Shown here piece after piece: positions 58,742-64,000 of a stretch of DNA of 64,000 bases (position 1 is its first letter; every line of letters starts with the position of its first letter). The stretch is from positions 1-64,000 of the forward strand of contig JAANOX010000177.1 in the NCBI GenBank assembly GCA_020184695.1, read 5' to 3'. This DNA is from Histomonas meleagridis 2922-C6/04-290x (taxonomy: Eukaryota > Protista > Parabasalia). Both the position numbers and the translations under genes were made by a program. A model generated the notes under the pieces. That model ran no database searches, was not told the DNA's origin, and was given only the letters and a program-made list of their open reading frames with translations.

Positions 58742-59671
58742 ATGCCAAACAAAGCACCAATTACAGTCGATGGTTGCATAGAAAAGCTATGGGGTATCGT
58801 CAAAAATCCAAAGCATCCTTTTGTACTGAAGAAAAAAGAAATTTTATTCCTTATAAATAATTCAAAACCTATCATATCTTCTCAGCCAGTTTTCTTGGAA
58901 CTTCTCCCACCACTTGTGGTATGTGGTGATGTCCATGGGCAATTTTTTGATTTACTTAGAATATTTAAAAGATGTGGAGACCCAATGAAAACAAATTATC
59001 TTTTTCTTGGTGATTATGTTGATCGTGGAAGACAAAGCATTAACACAATATGCCTTCTTTTATGCTATAAGATTAAATACCCAGAAAACTTCTTTCTTCT
59101 CCGAGGAAATCATGAATCACCAAACATCAACAGAATATATGGATTTTATGATGAATGTAGAAACTATTACAATGGAAACTTATGGAAAGAGTTTAATGAC
59201 CTTTTTGAGTGGTTTCCGATATCGGCCATGATTGATAATCGAATTCTTTGTCTTCACGGAGGCATTTCTCCAGACCTCAATGACATTTCTCAACTTCGTG
59301 AAATCATAAGACCAACAACAATTCCGGAAACAGGATTTTTATGTGATTTATTATGGTCAGATCCAGAGAATATTGAAGCAGATTTTAGTGACAACGAAAG
59401 AGGGACAAGCTATGTATTTGGCGAAGCTCCATTATATAAGTTTTTACAAAAAAATGGGTTAGATTTATTAGTACGTGCACACCAAGCAATTAATGCGGGC
59501 TTTGACTTTCCTTATTTACCATCTCGTAACCTTGTTACCATTTTTTCTGCTCCTAATTATTGTGGAATGTTTGGAAATCATGGAGCTGTTATGACTGTTA
59601 GCGAACAAATGATTTGTAAGGTCATTACATTTGAGCCAAAGCATGCCTCAATGATCACAGATGATCTTTAA
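58742..59671 (+). CDS. Ser/Thr protein phosphatase, PP1-like catalytic subunit
   Basis: GDVHGQ, GDYVDRG, LRGNHE, HGGISP, DLLWSDP, RAHQ and FSAPNYCG motifs. Confidence 0.95.
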   Translation: MPNKAPITVDGCIEKLWGIVKNPKHPFVLKKKEILFLINNSKPIISSQPVFLELLPPLVVCGDVHGQFFDLLRIFKRCGDPMKTNYLFLGDYVDRGRQSINTICLLLCYKIKYPENFFLLRGNHESPNINRIYGFYDECRNYYNGNLWKEFNDLFEWFPISAMIDNRILCLHGGISPDLNDISQLREIIRPTTIPETGFLCDLLWSDPENIEADFSDNERGTSYVFGEAPLYKFLQKNGLDLLVRAHQAINAGFDFPYLPSRNLVTIFSAPNYCGMFGNHGAVMTVSEQMICKVITFEPKHASMITDDL

Positions 59672-59871
59672 TGCGAAAATTTAAATTTGGGACCAGTTGA
59701 AGAACGATCAAGCTCGATTGAATTGTTTTATCACCAATATTTTTGTGGGAAACGTTCGTTGTAAACATAATCAAATTTGATTGAAAATTTGAACGTACGT
59801 AAAGTTAAATCGTTTGACAGCCTCTCAAATTTGAGCGTAATCAAACTTTTGAAAGATATCGTCCAAATTTT

Positions 59872-61152
59872 ATGCTTGCCAAGGAAGAAATGATCAGATT
59901 TCTGCACAAGGAGGTTTCTCCTGCACTTGGCTGTACAGAACCTGTGTGCGTTGCAATTGCAGCAGCTGATGCCGCTAAAGCAATTGGCGCAAAAGTTGAA
60001 AGAATAGATGTTATTGTTAGCCCAGGAATTTTTAAAAATGGTATGTCAGTGGCAATTCCAGGCTTTGACAAAGTCGGCCTTGCGTATGCTGCTGCACTTG
60101 GCGCTTATATTAAGCAGCCTGAGAAAAAACTTCAAATATTTGAAGCAATTACACCAGAAATATCAAACAAAGCCAAGGAACTTGTTGAGTCTGGCCTCGT
60201 TAATGTTCAAATTGACAAAGAAAAAAAGAAAATTTTTGTCTCATGTTGTATTTCCACAGAATATGGAACAGGTATCTCAAAAATAGTTAACAGTCACACT
60301 AACATTGTTCTTACACAATCCAATGGGAAAACCATTTACGAAAAACCACTTTCTGAAGAACAATCAGATGATACAATTATCAATAAACTTAGCGCTATGA
60401 AGATCAGCGAGATCCGCGCTCTTGCCTCCTCTGCCACAGAACAAGAACTGTCGTTTCTTCTTGATGGTGTCAAAATGAATGATGAAGTTGCAAATTTTGG
60501 ACTTAACAATGAAATTGGCGTAGGCATTGCCTCTTCGATTCAGAACGACATTGGCACTGCTCTAAGTGGAGAAGGTCTTATGAGTATTATAATGCTCAAA
60601 GTTGCATCATCAATTGAAAGTCGTTTAGATGGATGCCAACATTCCGTTATGAGCAGTGCTGGAGCTGGTAGCAAAGGGCTTGCCCTTATTATTCCACTGA
60701 GTGAAACAGCTCGCTACTTAGGTACATCGAATGAGAAATTTCTTCAAGCCCTCGCATTCGGTCATCTCCTTAATAGCTATATTAACATTAAAATTGGGAA
60801 ATTGTCGCCGTTGTGCACATGTTCTTGCGCAGCCTCGACTGCGTCTTCGGCTGCAATGACATTATTATTTGGAGGTAACGACGAACAGATTGGACACGCT
60901 ATAAGGAATATGACAGGCTCTGTCACTGGAATGATTTGTGATGGAGGAAAAGTTGGATGCGCGTTGAAATTAGCAATGGCATCTGTATCAGCCTTCTTAT
61001 GTGCACGTATGGCAATTCAAGGGGCAGCACTTCGGGAAAGTGACGGAATATGCGCCAAAACCCCTGAAGAATGTATTGAAAATATGAGTCGAATTGGTGT
61101 GGGAATGGAAAACACCGACTTGGAAATTCTGAACGTTATGTCTGAAAAGTGA
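59872..61152 (+). CDS. L-cysteine desulfidase / serine dehydratase alpha-like (UPF0597, YhaM/CyuA family), bacterial type
   Basis: EVSPALGCTEPVCVA, IFKNGMSVAIPG, VMSSAGAGSKG, LSPLCTC and GMICDGGKVGCALK motifs. Confidence 0.9.
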   Translation: MLAKEEMIRFLHKEVSPALGCTEPVCVAIAAADAAKAIGAKVERIDVIVSPGIFKNGMSVAIPGFDKVGLAYAAALGAYIKQPEKKLQIFEAITPEISNKAKELVESGLVNVQIDKEKKKIFVSCCISTEYGTGISKIVNSHTNIVLTQSNGKTIYEKPLSEEQSDDTIINKLSAMKISEIRALASSATEQELSFLLDGVKMNDEVANFGLNNEIGVGIASSIQNDIGTALSGEGLMSIIMLKVASSIESRLDGCQHSVMSSAGAGSKGLALIIPLSETARYLGTSNEKFLQALAFGHLLNSYINIKIGKLSPLCTCSCAASTASSAAMTLLFGGNDEQIGHAIRNMTGSVTGMICDGGKVGCALKLAMASVSAFLCARMAIQGAALRESDGICAKTPEECIENMSRIGVGMENTDLEILNVMSEK

Positions 61153-62339
61153 CACTGAATTGAATAAAACCGTTCCTGTCTTTTGAGGTCAATTCATTTT
61201 TGAAGCAACGATTTGAATCATTACTTGTCAAATAATGAGACAAAATCAAGATTTCCGTTTTCCACTGCAATTTCGCATATATAGGTGTGAGAGTAGTGTA
61301 AGCAAAAAAAATTTTCCAAAAAAGGAACCAAATTTTTTATATGTTACAGAGGTACCTTAATGAATATAATTTTGTAATTTATTTAAAAAAAAATTTGAAA
61401 TCGCAAATTTACTGATTTTTTTGAAATTCTCAGAATATTGAAATATTTTTCATATAATTGAATATTTTGGTTTATTTATTATCAAATAGTAGTAAAATTA
61501 CAATGGAATTCCATTTATTGTCAAATAATAGTAAAGTTAAAATGAAATTGTTTTTATATAAAATTTTACTCCATGCATTATTTTTTTTTTTTTTTTTCAT
61601 ATGATATTATTTCGATTTGTTACAATGATTCTACAATGGTATTTTAAAATTTGAAGTACTATTAAATAGAATACAAACAATATTTTGTATTTATAATATT
61701 TTATCAAAATTCTTTCGTACATTTCAGAGTAATTTTCCATTTAATCAACAACAAATTTCAATATAATGATGCGACATGTGAATTGAAAAACATTTCTCAA
61801 TATCACAAAAACATGAAAAAAAGATTTTAATGAAATTAATGTATACTCTTTTATAATAAAAATCAGATGAATTTTGATCATTGAATAATGTTATAATTAA
61901 AATAATGCATTTCAATAAAGAAATTATTGTAAATTTTGAAAAAATAGAAAATAAATTGAATTTAATGTTATTACATCAGCAACTTCAATTTATGTTGAAT
62001 AATTATTACATTAAACAATTATGTTATATCAACAAAAATGAACAAAATGTTGTGGCAACATGTTTCTTTGTGAAAATGCTGTTTTTGAATTGACTTTATA
62101 TAAGCAATAAATATTTGAAATCAAAAAATAAAAATATCCAAAAAATATACGAATGAATTCACTCAAAGACATGTGATATAGGGTTTGATCTCTATGTTTA
62201 TTAATATTTTCGAGTTATATAAAAATCCCATTATAGAATTTTCCACTTACACGACTCTACTTTACTTAAAAAATCTTTCGGACAAATAAAAGATGAATTG
62301 GATTTGATAATTCCTAAGAAAATTTATCATTATATTCAA

Positions 62340-63060
62340 CTATCGATATATTAATAATATCAAATCCTTTATGATTAAGAAGTAATTTGGATATTACTAA
62401 ATTTTCACTTATCAATGAAATAATAAATGCATTATTAAATAATTTATAAGATTTTTAAAAATCAATGAATGATTTGATATTAAATCAATGAAACAATTAT
62501 TAAAAATCTTAAAATAATATTTTTAGCATTGATATCAATTCCTTTTTTTTCCAAGAATCAATTTTACTATTTCCTTATGACCTCTTTCTGATAACATAAG
62601 TACCGCATAAAATTATTTAAATGAATTCCAAATAATTATTTTAAAAAACATTGAATTATACAATAAAATACTTTTAGGATTTAAATTAATATCTTCATGT
62701 TCAAGAAGCAATTTAACTATTTAGTTATTTCCTTTTTTAGGTGCAAGTATAAGTTTTTAAAATAAAATAATTTCTAAATATTACATCAAAATTTTGAATT
62801 ATTAAACCAAATATCAAATTAAGCATATTTTAATATCAATTCCTTCAAGTTCAATAAGTAATCTTACTACTTCGAAATTATTTTTAATAACTGTATTTGT
62901 AAGTGCATTTTCAAATAGTTAGAATTATTACCGAATATTATTTTAAATCCGAATAATTGTGATAAACAAAAAATAAAACACAAATATTTCTATAGTTAAC
63001 CTTAATTCCCTCTTGCTCAATAAGAAATTTAACAAGTCCTGCGTTGTTATATTTATACAA
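62340..63060 (-). pseudogene. degenerate ankyrin repeat gene with the same type of inter-repeat spacers
   Basis: Cores NAGLVKFLIEQEGIKVN, NALTNTVIKNNFEVVRLLIELEGIDI, AVLMLSERGHKEIVKLILG and ISKLLLNHKGFDI, separated by AT-rich spacers. Some cores carry stops or frameshifts. Confidence 0.65.
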
Positions 63061-63408
63061 GATATTAAACAATTTAAGTAACAAGCAAAGAAAAGAATTT
63101 CATATTAAATTTGTTTCCAATGAAAAACAAATTAAACATATATGTTTCTTAAATAATACTAACAGAGGAAAGCACGATTAAAAAAGATAGAGTAGTTGCT
63201 AATAAAAAATAAAATTATCTAAATAACAAATTATTTGATATACAAATGACACATTCACAAAAAGCATCGGCGCCTGTGTACCAGCACCTTTTGGGCTTCA
63301 ATTTTTAAACTCCAAATTAAAGAAACATAAAAAATTGGTTTCTTGAAGAACCAGTTCGTTAATAAACCGCAAAGATTTTCAAACCATTCAATTTTTGTCA
63401 TTTTTTCA

Positions 63409-64000
63409 ATGCTGAAATTTCATGTTGAGAAATTTCTCAACGGATTCACTAATTTCCCAAGCGGAAATAACTTAACTAGCTCATGCCAAAAGCTGACTGA
63501 AAGCGACAATTTAGTATCTACTTATTTTCGAAATGCTGTTCAAAATAATTCATTTCAAAAATTTGAACAAGAAAATTTTCTACTTTTACAACAAACATTT
63601 CAAGCAATTTCTGATATTCTTGCTTCTTTAGTTGAATCCGAAAAATCTTCCCAAAAAGATTTCCAACAACTTTATAAAATACACCAAGAATTTTCTGCTA
63701 AAATCAGTGCAATTAAAGAATATGAAAAACTCCACAAGTTAGCTGGGAACAAAGTCAGCAAACTCCATCAAAAATTACTTGAACTTCAAGCATCATCAGG
63801 GAATCAAGATCAAATAAAAAGTCTTCAAAAGGAGCATAACGATGCAGTACAAGAAGAAGAAACGTATAGGATTCAATGGAAGACGAAGAATGAAGAGTTT
63901 CAAAAAGATTATTTAATATATCAAAAAAATTTCGTTCGTATAATTTCCACTATCTTCAGCAACACAACATCTTCACGTACAAAGTCCAGCTCTTCCATAT
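63409..64000 (+). CDS. helical/coiled-coil protein, partial (runs off the window); possibly BAR-like
   Basis: Open from the ATG at 63409 (MLKFHVEKFLNG...) to the window end. TCATT Inr at 63398-63402. Confidence 0.75.
   Translation, partial: MLKFHVEKFLNGFTNFPSGNNLTSSCQKLTESDNLVSTYFRNAVQNNSFQKFEQENFLLLQQTFQAISDILASLVESEKSSQKDFQQLYKIHQEFSAKISAIKEYEKLHKLAGNKVSKLHQKLLELQASSGNQDQIKSLQKEHNDAVQEEETYRIQWKTKNEEFQKDYLIYQKNFVRIISTIFSNTTSSRTKSSSSI

Noticed and set aside
1-64000. Alternative genetic code (stop-codon reassignment)
   Set aside because: In-frame stops occur only in TE relics and pseudogenes. Conserved genes (kinase, PDE, PP1, RPS7, DOCK) are stop-free and end at TAA or TGA.
1-64000. rRNA, tRNA or snRNA genes
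   Set aside because: None recognisable by eye. A tRNAscan-SE or Infernal scan would be needed to exclude them formally.

Overview
AT-rich eukaryotic DNA that looks parabasalid (Tritrichomonas/Trichomonas-like). This is inferred from intron-less genes, TCA(Y)W initiator motifs, M3/M5 core-promoter motifs at RPS7, DUF3447-type ankyrin genes and a Maverick-type integrase. The first 14 kb is a graveyard of DNA transposons (pogo, Merlin, Mutator), including a four-level nested insertion with readable TIRs and TSDs. The rest mixes housekeeping and signalling genes (bromodomain protein, kinase, DOCK GEF, U2AF35, DUS, RPS7, GAF-PDE, PP1), two bacterial-type genes (DUF1349, cysteine desulfidase) and pseudogenes. 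Main observation: in three separate ankyrin loci every ankyrin repeat is cut at the same point (between the ...INAKD and TAL... motifs) by a non-coding, frame-breaking spacer with no GT-AG ends. The spacers are almost always a multiple of 20 nt long and carry a TTTG(G/A)A motif whose first G lies 23 nt before the next repeat. This suggests an undescribed intervening-sequence system (non-canonical intron, ribosomal bypass or DNA-level excision). Second observation: a 715-bp TIR element with a 17-bp target duplication, confirmed by an empty paralogous site in this window, carrying a perfect 31-bp palindrome. All family calls come from motif recognition by eye, not from database searches.
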